Assembly: GCF_009914755.1 (NCBI RefSeq)
Contig: NC_060938.1
Source of the DNA: the human T2T-CHM13v2.0 reference genome, Homo sapiens
DNA length: 64,000 nucleotides
Direction: 5' to 3' (one strand)
Positions 1 through 14,505 of the stretch are shown piece by piece. Under the pieces are notes generated by a model that saw only the letters and a program-made list of their open reading frames with translations, searched no databases and was not told the origin of the DNA. Every line of letters starts with the position of its first letter. Position 1 is the first letter of the stretch. The position numbers and the translations under genes are program-made.

Positions 1-1889
1 TTAGAACCCACTTGAGCCATTTCTAAACTAAAATAGTTCAAGAAATAATACAAGTAATAAAATCTTCACATGCCTCTCATTCTATAGGTTTAATGTCAAA
101 AGTTATTTTACACTTCGTGTTACTGCCCTTTCAAGAAGCAATGAAAAAAATGACATCACGCTTTGGGCACCTTTGGGGGATCCAAAGTGTCTCTTAACTC
201 TACAATTTACAGTTTTGATTGCTTTAACACTGTCTTTTTTAGAGCTATTACTGCACTGGTGGGTGAGTTACAAAGGCTCATGACATAAGAATAGCTGTTC
301 TGCAATTTCAGAAAGCTCGAGGCAGTCACTCTTAGCAGCTTCTAAACAGATACTAAAAATCAGCAGTATATTTAAGTACTGAATTTAGGATTCTGAACTA
401 CTAAATTTAGGTAAAGCTCTCATCCCTTAAGTTCAAGAGGCAACTGATTAGGAATGAAAACAGAGAAAAGGAATTTGAAATCCAAAGGAAAAAGTGAATT
501 ATGTGAAAGAGTCAGGGGGTTGGAAATCACGTGTTATTTTTCTTGACCCCATCCCCAAGGGAAAAACAAATGTGCTTCCATAGTTTCCAAACAAACTGGT
601 TGAGAAATGAATAACTGATTTTCTTAGATATGCAGGTAAAATATTTTAAATGAAGTTTTACTCCCTAATTCATTGGGCATTGTGTAATACAGGCAAATGC
701 CATATAAAACTATGAAGGGAGAAATTAAACTGATGATAAGGACTTATAAAACAAAGTGATAAATTGACAAAGTTGAGAACTAAAATAAGCAAAGAGGAGT
801 GTCTTGGAAAAGAAGAGACAGTCAAGAAATAAATAAGCAAAACTATGGCTTCTAGTAATGAGTCAAGAGAGACCGATTCCTTAGTACATTTACAGGGTAA
901 TATAAAGTCACACATTCAGTCAGCTAAAATATTAACTTCTATTGACAACTTTGAATCATTGTATGGTAAGATACTATATCTATCAAATAAAATTATGCAA
1001 GGAAGGACCAAAGTTGAGCATGGGTGAGACAAGGAAAGAAGAAAAAAGTTAGAAAGAAGATCCCTAAATAAATGCAGAAAGTGGCATATATACTGCCTGC
1101 AAAATGAAGATGGATGAAGATTAATGGTCTGCAGATATTCTGCCAGTGCTTTTCAGGAGACGGTTTTGCTTTATTTATCTTGGCTGCCACAAAGAAGCAA
1201 GACTCAGGCACATACAGACATATTCCACATGGCAGGAGAAAGCATCTGCTTTCGGAAAAAAACCTCCGTATTCACATTAAAGAAGCATATTATCTACATA
1301 CATATCGCAATTGCAGGTAATTATGTTTTTTGATGTTAGTTTGAACCTTTTATATGACATTGATTGTGGTTTTGTGCTTTCCTTGATTCCTTTGGACAAA
1401 CCTCTTCTCACAATTAAAAGCAATCCCAGATATTTATACATTGCAGATACATAATATGCAGTGCTGTGTCTATAAAAGCCATCAAAGGGGATCATTAACA
1501 GATTCTAAAATGATTACTCTGCTGAAGTGAGCAATCAGTTAAAAATGAATAATATGAAACTGTTATCCTAAATCTATAAAATGATTATCACCCAGAGCCT
1601 GCAGAATACAGATGATGAGAAAAGCCGACAAGGCCCAAAACTGTGTTATAAGAATCACAACTTTCAAAGAAGCTGATTCCAGGATTATTTTAGTCTAAAC
1701 ACTATATTCTAAGAGTAAACAGAATGGATTTGAAGGTATCCATAAGACAGATGTATCAGCCACCAAATATTAATCTGCATATTAATCATTTTAAGCTTCA
1801 TTTTATAGACAATTTTGAAAGTAAGAATTCAGTTATAAAAATAAATCACATGCATATTGCCATATGGATTACAAAGCATTAAAATTAAT

Positions 1890-2050
1890 TTATCTCATTT
1901 AATCCTTAAAAAACAAGTCTGTCAAATGGGAATTATTAGCTATCATATCTTTGGGGTAAGAAACTAAAACTAAAATTGACCAAAAGACTTACCTAAGATG
2001 TTTTAGGTAAGAATTTGAGGAGTTAGAATACAACCCAAGTTTGTCTAAGC
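1890..2050 (-). mobile_element. MIR SINE fragment
   Basis: Antisense MIR core pattern: tctcatttaatcct...attattagc...gaaactaaaact...gacttacctaagat...agttagaatacaacccaagtttgtct. Confidence 0.6.
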
Positions 2051-2169
2051 ACCTTCGTGAGTTAAGTTGAGCAAATCTGAATTCCTACCATAGGGAAGGT
2101 ACAATACTATGCCCAGGTAATAGCATCACGACAAAAGTGATAATGTCTATTGCCTAGTAGGAACTATAT

Positions 2170-2620
2170 CTCAGCAAGCATTAATTAAGCATTTATTTAA
2201 ATATAATATTGAAAAATATCACAAAAGACAAGGGCAATAAGCCAGTTTTACAGGAAAGGAACCATCTTAATTTGTTAAGGTTAAGAAATGCCTCCTTGAG
2301 AGGAAGCTAAGGTGAAAATTTTTATGACAAATTGTTTAGCAGAAAGATGGGTACCTGTTGGGGTAAAGAAGACAGGCTATAAGAAGACCCTGAAGCTGTC
2401 ATAAATGTACAAATGTAGAATGAAAGGTAGCCCATGTGGAAGGGACAAAGAGAAGCAGCATGTGGTTGGTGGCAGCTGAGCCAGGTGATGTGAGCACAGC
2501 CAGATAGTGTTGGTCTCTATTCCTAAGAGCAGTGGAGAGCCACTGAAAGGCTTTACTCATGGGGGTGACATAGCAGTAAGATCAGATTTCAGTGCAAAGC
2601 AGAAAATGCGCTGGAGCAGA
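2170..2620 (-). mobile_element. L2 LINE fragment (resumes at about 3585-3650 after the L1 insertion)
   Basis: Antisense L2 motifs such as ctattcctaagagcagtggagagccactgaaaggcttt...ggggtgacat...atcagattt; continuation ttaggaggctg...gtaagaaatggtagtgacccgaacta. Confidence 0.55.
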
Positions 2621-3580
<960 letters not shown>

Positions 3581-3789
3581 GTTGAGAGAGCAGGAACATT
3601 TAGGAGGCTGGGATGGCAGCATAGTAAGAAATGGTAGTGACCCGAACTAATTTGCCCCTCTAGGGGAGTAAATTATCTAAACATACTCCTCAAAACCTCA
3701 CCATAAAGCATTTGCAAAACTAGCTTCTTAACTCGAAAAACAATTGTGATTAAGTCACTGCCTGTTTTATCACCTTAACTGCTTTCTGC

Positions 3790-4265
3790 TTTTAAAAAGA
3801 AACCCTAAATTTTTAAGATGAATACTTTCTGCAACCTATCTCTTGCCACTTCTCCACCTTACCTCCTCCATCTCTGCCCAAAGATATTCTCATTCGGCTG
3901 CATTTCTCACTGTTCCCCAAGCATCCCCACACAATGGTGGTCCAGCACATTTTCATACACCATTGCTTCTGGCTAGAATGCCTCCCCTATCTGGAGATCT
4001 CCTCCAAGATGAATCAGTTCAAATAACACCTTTGCACAAAAAACTCAAAGGCTTCTTCCATATAATATATTTTTTCTTTTCTTAGAACTTCCATGATCTT
4101 ACAGATATTATTGTACTCATCCCGCTGAATTATAACAAGGTTGTTTCATATCTTTTCTATTCTACTAATTTTCAACTCCTTAAAGTCAAGGTCATTCTTA
4201 CTCAACTTTCTCTACTCAGTAGGTATTCCATTGGCTGTTATGACTTCAATAAATGTTTGTTGATT
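3790..4265 (+). mobile_element. L2 LINE 3' fragment
   Basis: Pyrimidine-rich L2-like body ending in the L2 3' terminus motif tcaataaatgtttgttgatt. Confidence 0.5.
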
Positions 4266-4569
4266 TTGTAATATTACTGTTTGTTCAGCCAATGCATGGA
4301 ACAGATTGCTTAGAAGTAAACAAGTGAGCTAGGTGTTATATGGATCTGGTTTTTAAAATGGGATTTCTTATCCTGTATTTCAGATATTCAAGGTTTGACT
4401 TAAAAATACGCTTTCTAAGGAAAAGTAGTGGTTGTCATAAAGTATAATGGTGGAAAGGGGCTCATGTTGGCCCTCTCTTATAAAACAATATTTTTGTAGT
4501 GGTGCAATACAATTTAGGACCTGCATAAATGGTGCCATGCATCAGCATATGTTTTTACTTTTGTGGAGC

Positions 4570-4788
4570 AGGGGCTGATAAACTATAGTCCATGAGCCAA
4601 ATCTGGCTCACTGCTTGTTTTTACAAATAACATTTTATTGAAGCACAGCCACACTCATTCTTTTACATATTGTCTGTAGCTGCTCCTGTGCTACAAAGAG
4701 CCAACTTGAGTTCTTTCGACAGAAACAGCCCAGCCTATAAAGCTGAAATATTTACTATCTAAAACTTTACAGAAATAGTTTGCTGCCC
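4570..4788 (+). mobile_element. MER58A (hAT-Charlie DNA transposon)
   Basis: caggggctgataaacta...gccaaatctggc...tgtttttacaaataacattttattgaagcacagccacactcatt...aaatatttactatct...ctttacagaaatagtttgctgccc. Confidence 0.85.
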
Positions 4789-4799
4789 AAAGTATGGTT

Positions 4800-5280
<481 letters not shown>

Positions 5281-5876
5281 TTTTAAAAATAATGATAAAA
5301 TTTTTGAAAAAGTACAATATAGAAGTTGTCAAAAAATGTTATCCACTAATGTAGGTGGCATTATTTTAGTATTTTATCTTTCAGGACTTATAAAAAATGG
5401 ACTAGGATGGTAGAATTAGGAGCCATTGTAAGACATGTAAAATGCTGAGCACAATGTCTGGTACATGGTAAATTTCAATAAGTGTTAGTTCATTAGTCTC
5501 AAAATTTGGAAATATGCTCAAAATAAAAATAATTTTATTTAGGAATCAATTATTAATCAACATGTATTTCTCCAACATTTAAAATGTTTATATATGTAGT
5601 TAGAAATACAATCTGTGAGCACATTAATTTATATGAGCTTATTATTCACAGTTTAAGAGTTTCATGAGCTTCTAGACAAATATGGAAAAAGATGAAGAAG
5701 TTGATTCAGATCACTTTGTTACATTTCCTCACAAGAATGGAACTTATTTGCAGGTCAATTTGGTATCAAGATCTGATATTGCCAATTCAGTTCTGTTTTC
5801 CCTATCCCAGCCTTCTAGGGGAGGAAACTGTAACAGCTGGAGGTAGAGTGTATTACAGTTTTGGGCTTCTCTAGAT

Positions 5877-6325
5877 CAGCAGTCCCCAAGCATTTTGGCA
5901 TCAGGGATCGGTCTTTGTGGAAGACGATTTTTCCAAGGATTGGTTTGTGGAGGGGAGGTTTTTGTGATGATTCAAGCACATTTTACTTACTGTGTAAGTT
6001 ATTTCTGTTATTATTATACACTCACCATAATGCAGAATCAGTGGGAGCCCTAAACATTTTTTTCTGCAACTAGACGGTCCCATTTGGGGGTGATGGGAGA
6101 CAGTGACAGATCATCAGGCATTAGATTCTTATAAGGAGCCCACAACCTAGATCCCTAGCATGCACAGTTCGTAACAGGTTCCCGTTCCTATGAGAATCTA
6201 ATGCTGCAGTTGATCTGATGGGAGGTGGAGCTCAGCTTGCTGCCACTCACCTCCTGCTGTACAGCCCAATTCCTAACAGGCCACAGACCAGTACCAGTCC
6301 CTGGGCCAAGGGTTTGAGGCTCCTG
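5877..6325 (+). mobile_element. MER1A (hAT-Charlie DNA transposon) with internal deletions
   Basis: Termini cagcagtccccaa and tttgaggctcctg; internal caactagacggtcccat..gggggtgatgggagacagtgacagatcatcaggcattagattct; 8-bp TSD ctctagat (5869-5876) / ttctagat (6326-6333). Confidence 0.92.
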
Positions 6326-8541
6326 TTCTAGATGACGCAAAACTCTTCTCACTTAGACAATCTAGCACTAACTTATACTTAAGTTAAATCCAGACTCTCT
6401 TTTTCTAAGCAACTGAACACGTTGAAAGCTCAATCACATCCCAATCCTAAAATTCCCAAACTTAATATGCAAAGAGTAGCCTAAAACCAAGGCAAGTCAC
6501 TCGTGGAGGCAAAATGTACTTCCTCTAGTTAAATTTTATAATGCTGTCTCACAGGGGAACAATGAACTCCTAGCCTTTGCTCACAGTATCTTTTTTTATT
6601 CCATTTGAAATGCCCTTTCTATAAATTCCTCACGGTCAAATCTTATTCATTTTTCAAAGCTACCACATCTGGGAAGCATTTGCTCATAAACCTCTCATTC
6701 TTCAGGATTTTAAAACTTAACAAATAATCAATTCTGAGTTGTTTTAGGGCATATGGGATATAATATATGGACACAAAGAATATAATAAATGCTATGTATG
6801 TATACATAGGTGGAAATACATGTATGTGCACATATATGGGGGGGTGGGTGGATGTATTCTCCAAAAGTCACACTGAGAAGAAGGAGAACATGACCTTCTA
6901 ACACCTAGAAATTGATCTTGGCCTAAATCCCAACAACTTGAGCTCTGGAAGTCCATAATGCCACCTACAAACCTATGCTCAGTCCCAGGGGGCCAGTCTC
7001 TACCAGGTTCTCTCTTCTTAGCCATAACTTTCCATGACCTGCTTCTGTGAATCATTTTATGTGCCATCTCAGATAATGAACTCAGTTTTTGGTCACTTTC
7101 CAACCACATTTAATCCCACTGTGTGTTTGTGAGTTTTATAGCATTAAAAAAAAAAGTTAACTTGAAGGAATCATGAAGAGAGTTCATGATGAGCTCCACT
7201 CAGTCTTCTATAGCTTCCATGTCCCCTCCAGCTCTGTCTTCCTTCCATTTCTGTCCCCATCCCTACTTTATTCTCTTCTTCCCACTTAGTCATTGGGGAA
7301 AACACATTCTTCTCACTCTTTTAATGAGAGAAACTTGTATCTTTCACTGTTACTGTGAAGCACAGGGTTTAATTTTCAAGGGCTCGGCAAAGCAAACACA
7401 CTTCATTTAAAAGGATTCAAGGTGACCCTGTCTTAGCAAGTGGTCATGTACTTAGAAAAAAATTCTTCCTACTTGCCATACCAATCATCATGCTACAATG
7501 ACATAAATGCTCGCATTCAAGTTTAAGGGATCAGTATATCCTCCTTTAGCAGCACAAGGCACACTTCTCTGAAACTGTGGCTGTCAATCTCTCAGTGTTT
7601 GTTGATTGACTTTGACTAACAAAATAAATGAATGAACTAATAAACAAACTACAAATTCCTTAAGGCCGGGGAACAGCTGTGTATTCATTCCCTTGACACA
7701 CTACTGGGCTGACATGAGTAACTTTAGAAATGTTTGATGTGGCTGAATACAGAACTAAAAAATTGGAGCTTTTATTATTTGTATTACTAGACATATTTTT
7801 GCATAATTTGTAAATGTTTATAGACCAAATTAACTGTTAATGTCCCTCCACACAGTGGGATTTCATTGAGCTCTTTAGTTATCATGGTTAGTTATCATTT
7901 ATTTAGTTCTTTATGTTAAAAAGGATTTAAACAGAATAGCACCCTGCTGTCCTGAACATTATCAAACATGTGCCTCTTTCTTGAAATTGTTTGCAATCTG
8001 TAATAATCCAATCTTTGATAAGTATCACATAATAAAAATGATAATTGTGCTGTTAGTGGTTTTATTAATGTCATTGAAGTTAGAGCAGGGAGATGAATTA
8101 CTTTATGGAGAAAGAAGATAACACATAAGGACCACGTAGATAAAATGACCCTAGGATTAAGGCCTTAGAAGAATGACATTTCCAAATGTGAGCCTGGTTT
8201 TACACAGTATCAAGATACTTGACTGGAAACCTTATTTTTTAAAAAAAACTTTATTTGGGAATGATAAAATAATACTTTATATGAAACTTTAAATAAGTTA
8301 TTTTTCTATAAAATTAAGGGCAATCTTAGACGTAGTGGACTTTAAAATATGCAACATTATTTACTCCCAGTTTAAGTTGTCAAAGGTACTTTAAAGTTAC
8401 AATACCTTGATGATATTTAGCAGGGCAGGGATGAGGTAAAAAGGCATAGAAGAAAGACTAAATTTGACTGACAGTGGTAGAGTCAGTTTCATTGAATATG
8501 CATGTAATTTCAAAATTAAAAATACTGGGAGCTAAAGTTAT

Positions 8542-9118
8542 TGTAGGGGCCATGGGAAAACTTTCCTTTTGCCTCTGATGATTCACTCAAAACTCAATAA
8601 AGGGCAGATTAATTGCAGAAACAGCATACACATGTATTTAATGTTTACACAGGAGCCTTCAGAAGGAAGACCCAAAGCTACAGGGAGAATTGTCCATTTT
8701 ATGCTTAGATTCAACAAAGTCTGGATAACTATGTAGAAGTATGATTTCATGCTAACAGACTGACTGGAGAAACACAGCAAGGCCTGTTTGTCTAGGTTCC
8801 TCTTTCCTCTCTGAGCATGCATTCCTTCCTGCAGGACCCTTTCTGAAATGTGGTCTTATGACCTACAGTCAGACAAGGTGGGTCAGATCATTTCTTTATG
8901 GCCAGTGGAGAGAACCTTAGAGTATTATTTTTAGGTTTTATGGCTGGCTTTGGGGAAAAAGAGTTCTGATTTCTATGACCCGCCTTGGGGAAGAGGGATT
9001 TTAGTTTCTATGGCTAGCCTTGGGGGAGAATGAGACTGAGAGACAGGAAAGCAGAACGCCAGAGAAAAACTTTGCTTTTAGGCTTGCAGCTGAGGGTATT
9101 ATTTTCTGAGTCCCAACA
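8542..9118 (-). mobile_element. MER39/MER39B-type ERV1 solo LTR
   Basis: TG...CA termini; reverse strand begins tgttgggactcagaaaataataccc and has repeated ccatagaaac/ccccaaggc units; perfect 4-bp TSD ttat (8538-8541, 9119-9122). Confidence 0.85.
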
Positions 9119-9259
9119 TTATGTATGCATCAATTACATAATAGAAAACTGAAAGCAGTCAATTGGTTAGGCCTGGTCTCTCCCTCTGTAAGGAAAATCA
9201 AGGCTCAGAGGGAAGAAAAGGAACTGAGTACTGAACTGAGACAAAGTCTATAAAAGATC

Positions 9260-9421
9260 TGCCATGTGAAGGTACAGCAGGAAGTCAGACGTCTATGAAC
9301 CAGGAGAAGGGCCCTCACCAGACACCAAATCTGCGGATGCCTTGATTATGGACTTTCCAGGCTCCAGAACTCTGAGAAGTAAATTTCTGTTGTATGAACC
9401 ATAAAGTCTATGGTATTTTGA
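9260..9421 (+). mobile_element. MLT1A-type MaLR LTR, 3' part
   Basis: ccatgtgaaggtacagcaggaag...gggccctcaccagacaccaaatctgc..atgccttgatt.tggactt...ccagaactctgagaagtaaatttctgttgt...agtctatggtattttg. Confidence 0.85.
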
Positions 9422-10907
9422 AATGAGGAAGAAAAAAATATACGTATATGTATGTGTGCATGTGTGTGTGTGTGTATGTGAATGTGTGAATATATACAAA
9501 AATGCAACAATTGAAGAACAAATAATTAAAAGCCCAAATACATTTTCAAAAACAAGAAAAAGGAAAGTACTGGCTAAAAGTATGGAATAGGGCATTGCAA
9601 GTGGAAACATTAGCCAAAGCCATTTTCAGAATAAGATATTTGAGAGGATTATCAGAGCTGCCACTATGGCTGAGGAGAAGTGATTGTACTGGGTATTTTA
9701 TAAATCTTAGCTTAAAATATAAGTATCATATAAAGGAAAAACAAGAAATTATAGGATACCTTAAATGACATGCCACAGAGTTTACAATTGATACGCTAGG
9801 CAGTATATACAGATATTAGAAAATATTTATAACTATTATCTTTAAAATAGTTTTAAGACCTTGGAAGGACAAGCATCCTGCAGCTTTCCTTGTAAACTCT
9901 GTTCAGATTGGCTCAGGGAATATGTAGTCACTTGAGTTAAAATGAACTTAAAAAGCATAAGTAAAGGGTATGGTTAATAGGTGCTGGAGCCTTCTGGGGG
10001 AAATATTGAGTGGACTTCTTCAGTTTTAGTGATAATGATCTGTAAGAGGGTGCAGACAGAATGCTAATAACATTTTTTGATAACATTAAATTAGAAGAGG
10101 CCAAAACACGTGTCAGATCAGAAAATTCTCTGTTAGAGGCGTGGCTATGAGAAAGTTAGGAATACAAAGAAAACAATAAAATGCCACCCAGGGACACTAA
10201 ATTCTATGTAGTATACTATAAGATTGATTTTAAAAATATCCAAAGTAGAGGACATCAGTGAAAGAATAACTGGAACTGCCTTGGAACCTAAGAATGAAAA
10301 AAAAAATATTCATAAGCATGTGAGCAAGGCTGTTCTATATGACTCAGGGAAGGAACTGAAACTATTGGGTACTCAAAAGAAGTGAAATATTTTTGAGATG
10401 CATGAAGGCCTATGGATTATATTGGAAGCCATTAAAAGCAAGGAAAGACTGCTGGAAAAGGAAATATCAAATTTATCTCCTAGAATCTTTCTTACTCTAT
10501 AAACATATGCATACATTTATTCCAGTGAGGCAAAGTGGAGAACACTGGCTCTATGAACAATCGTTTGTGTTCAGGGAGAACTATAGCCTCCTAGAAGAGT
10601 AAAGCATCATGAGGTAACTGTGTTTTCATATTATGATAATCTGAAGCCTAAAAAGGAGAGAAAAATAGCTGGGCTTATTAATATAAATAAAGGAAGTAGA
10701 ACAGATTACTTCTCCAGAAGTCCCTAAGAACAGAAAATAGCATCATGTTAAATTCCAATTGCATTTCTTTTTTAACTACAGGCGTTTTAACATTTTTCTT
10801 CTCGTAAATAGAACAATAGTGACAAACATTTGTGAAGCAATTCATTTTTCACATACAAAGAAATATTATTTTATTGTTAACAATATAATTTTCAGAAATC
10901 TTGAGTT

Positions 10908-11150
10908 AATATAGCATTGTAATTAAAAGTAAAAGTTCTGAAGCCAAATATGAACTCAAACCCTAGCTCAGAAATTATTTGGATATATGATCATGGGCAT
11001 GTAATTAAATATGTGCTGCTCAATGTTTTTATTTGTGGACTAATAAGATTATTGACCTCCAAGACTCAAAGACTTTTTGGATGACATAACAAATGCATAT
11101 AAAACCCTTAGCATAATTTATGGACTAACATAGATGCTCAGTAATGTTTA
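10908..11150 (+). mobile_element. MIR SINE (near full length, very diverged)
   Basis: tatagcattgtaattaaaag...tctgaagccaaa...tcaaaccctagctc...tgatcatgggcatgt...aatgcatataaaacccttagcata...catagatgctcagtaatgtt. Confidence 0.65.
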
Positions 11151-12299
11151 TTTAGATTGTGTTTACTAAACATAGAATCATCCTATGTTAAGGTTAAGAG
11201 AAATTTTAGCGATTATAAGCCCAACCTCCTCAATTTATAGGTTAAGAATTTTATAATAGAAATGAAATCCCGTCTTTACAATTATGGAGATACTTGGAAA
11301 AAGAAGGGGGACAAAATGTAGGCATCATAATTCATTATCCAGGGAGACCTTACTGCTCTATTATGAAACATGCTCCAGTGATATTTATGGGTAATTTTGA
11401 AAAGTTTATATGGATGAAATGCATGAATTTTATTCTTTTCCGTGGGTTCCTCTGATTTTATCTTCTATTTCAACACTAAGAAATAAACAGCTCAATAGAC
11501 CAGCAAAATGGCTTTTGAAAATCTCAGTTAAGGCATCAGCTCAGGGACAACATTCTATGGAAAGAGTGCATCGTCCACAGTGCAGTGTATACACTGAGCA
11601 AATGGACAAAAAATGATGCTCAGGCTCTATAACAAGAATACTCATGTCCAGGAAGCAAGAGAAAGGTGTAAGACTGACCTCTTACATTGTGATTCTCAGT
11701 GGCATACAGTGGAATTTATGCTTTCTTTCTCCACCTTGGGTTCAGCTGGGCTACACAAATGCATTTCCATGAAATTCTTACACCATGAGACACAGTAAGT
11801 GTCCCATTGAACTTGAAATTAAAACTATTCCTGAACATTGAGGTTCCTCTTTCCAGTGATCCCACAAACAAAGAAAGGTCTTTTTATGCTGGTGGGAAAA
11901 ATCAATCCTGATTACCAGAGAAGACAGTGTTAGCATATGTAGACAAGAATGGCTATGTCTAAAAGCCAGGTAATTCACAGAGCTGTAATTTTTTATGTTC
12001 CCAGTAACCGGTGAATGGGCTGTTGCATGGTCCATGGTCCAACAGGTGCAAGGCAACTAAGCTTTCAGACCCCTCAAGACTGAAGATCTCAGTCAATCTT
12101 TCAAGCAAGCAACCCACATCTAATGAAATAATGATCTAGGTTGAAAGAAAACTATAAAAGAGAGGAAAGTGGATGATGAAGAATATCAATTATTACTTCA
12201 GGATCAGCTCCATCAATGGGAAGGATGTTTCTTCACTAACCCTTTTGCATTAAGTATTTGCAGAGTTTGCAACCTTGAAGGACTTCTAATGCACAGTGA

Positions 12300-12721
12300 A
12301 TTTAAGGGAGACACAAAAATATCAAAGTTGTGAAAAGCGTGGTTTCTTTCCTCAAAGGGGTAATAATATGACTGATGTAATAACAGGACGTTTATGGAAA
12401 CCCAGACCCATTCACTAAACATGCATGCACTTTCAGAAGCCAAGAAACCCAAAAAGTGAAACCTCAATGACAAAAGGGAACGGCAACCCATGGGTATATG
12501 CTTACTCTTTCCTCTCCCAGACCATATCACCCCTAGATAAATTTCAAGCCATCGCTCAGATCAAGAAACAAGTGATCTTTACAGGTGGCCAGTTAAGCAG
12601 TGTATTGAGTTTTCCCTGCTCTTTTCTGTCTCCACTATTGTTTCCTGATCAAATTATGTGAAGTTACTTGCCCTTTCATCATTTGTGCAGTTTTACCTTC
12701 TGGGGAATCCAGGCTGAGACA
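12300..12721 (+). mobile_element. Old ERVL LTR (LTR16-like); left edge uncertain
   Basis: 3' terminus ttctggggaatccaggctgagaca resembles LTR16-group ends. Confidence 0.4.
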
Positions 12722-13368
12722 ATATCTGAAAACGAACTACAAATATAGTTCCACCTCCCCTTTTCCTTAGTCTTCTCTGTTTCACAACAGAGCAACTCCA
12801 GCTTTCCTATTGTTTATGCAAAGAAATTTTGGAATCATCTTTGCCTTCCCTTTCTCGTAGCTTATATCCAATTAGTCATCAGATCTCATTGGTACTACCT
12901 TAATGTATTCAGAATATAACCACTTTTTACTCCTCCACTATTTATGAGCCTGGTCTGAGAAACAAGGATCTCTTATCTGGGCTAATGGAAAAGTGTCCTA
13001 ACTAATCTCTGTGTTTCTAACCTGACTCCTAATAATCTACTTTCAACACAGCAACTAGCATGAATATTTAAGACTGTAATAAATTGTTTCACTCATCTCC
13101 TGAAAATCTTCCAAGGTCTTCCCACATTGTGTTGAGTGAAGGGAAAAACCCTTTTGGTGATGCACATCTACAACTTTGATTTCATCCTCTCCTAGTTTTC
13201 CCCTATATCACTCCTCTTTAACTAGATTGGCCACCTCCTCCTTCTTCAAACAGTCCAAGTGCATGCCTCCTTCATGACCTTTGCTGTTTCCTCTGCATGT
13301 AATATTTTCCCCCGATAGCTATATGCCTCGCTCCTCTATTTCTCAAGTTTTCCACACATCAATTCTTG

Positions 13369-13444
13369 TTTACTAGGGTTCCTTCCCATTAATATGGCAT
13401 CTGCTATTTACTGGGGTTCCTTCCCATTAATATGGCATCTGCTG
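13369..13444. repeat. 38-bp tandem duplication (2 copies, 2 mismatches)
   Basis: tttactagggttccttcccattaatatggcatctgcta followed by tttactggggttccttcccattaatatggcatctgctg. Confidence 0.95.
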
Positions 13445-13490
13445 TCTTCTTCCTTGCTTCATTTTCTCCATAATGTTTATTGCTATCAAT

Positions 13491-14057
13491 CATAGAGGGT
13501 TATAAAAAATGGCCACAATAGTCTATACTATCCTTGTATGCATGCTCATTATCAATAGTACTTTCATTTTTTTTCATCAAAGGTGGAGTCTGTTTCTCCA
13601 TTCATTGAATATGGGTGGGCCTTATAAATTGTTTTGACCAAAAGAATGTTGTAGAGGTGATCTTTTAGGAACTCCTATGCTTTGGCCTCAAAAGCCTTCC
13701 CAGCTTTACTTTTTCTCTCTTGGAATGCTGCCTTGGATTTATATGATGTGAAGAAGACTACTGGAGAATGAGAGGTCTTACAAAGCACGAGCAAGCTTTC
13801 CAAAATAAGGCCCCCTAGACCAGAAGGCAATAGCTACCACCAAAGACAAGACATGTGACTCAGATCATCATATGCCACACAGTTCAATTTGAGCCATGAG
13901 ATGACTACAGTGTGCATTACTGACTTCAGGGGAGAAGAAGAACCACACAGCTGAGCCCACCCAAATTTCTAGTCCACAGAATCATAAACAAAGATGATTG
14001 ATTCTTTATGCCATTACGTCTGTGGTGATTTGTTACACAGAAATAGAAACTGATACT
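13491..14057 (+). mobile_element. MLT1H/G-type MaLR solo LTR
   Basis: aaaaatggccacaa...catcaaaggtggagtctgtttctcc...ttgaatatgggtgggcc...ttttgaccaaaagaatg...cagctgagcccacccaaatt...ccacagaatcat...tttgttacacagaaatagaaactgatac. Confidence 0.8.
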
Positions 14058-14299
14058 GCCTGAATTACTATATCTTTTATATTTGCAAATTATTATACCT
14101 CTCTCTTCAAAATAGAATGTATCACAAACAAAAATTTTTACCTGTGTGTTTATTTGCTTAGCTTCTATATCATCAGAACTTAGGCTAGTTTTTTATACAT
14201 AATATGTATAATATATATTGATTAAACAAATACATGTTTAATTTTTTTGTAAGGACACAACTTAATGATAAGAGAAGAAATGCCTAGATGCACTAGAAA

Positions 14300-14505
14300 G
14301 TATTTCATAATATATTAATATTAAATTAATATTCAATAGTATTAATCTAGTAATATGTTAATTGACCAATAAATTAATAATCTATCAGTATAATCTATTA
14401 ATGGAATATATTATTAATCTATTGATTAATAATATTGATTATCTATAGATATTAATCTATTGATAAATTAATATATTATATTATTTATTAATATTGAGTG
14501 AATAT
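14300..14505. repeat. Very AT-rich low-complexity tract with recurring ttaatctatt motif
   Basis: Repeated tattaatctattgat / taatatt variants; very few G or C. Confidence 0.8.

Larger units (their letters stand above)
12745..14232 (+). mobile_element. L2 LINE 3' region, interrupted by an MLT1 LTR
   Basis: ttttggaatcatctttgccttccc...atatccaattagtcatcagatc...gtcctaactaatctc...tcttcaaacagtccaag..catgcctccttcatgacctttgc; 3' end resumes after 14057. Confidence 0.7.

Noticed and set aside
11583-11596. Perfect 14-bp palindrome cagtgtatacactg
   Set aside because: Several palindromes of this length are expected by chance in 64 kb of AT-rich DNA
11700-11800. Donor aca|gtaagt at 11795 (and similar isolated splice-like sites at 10613 and 21219)
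   Set aside because: No convincing partner site; isolated splice motifs are common by chance
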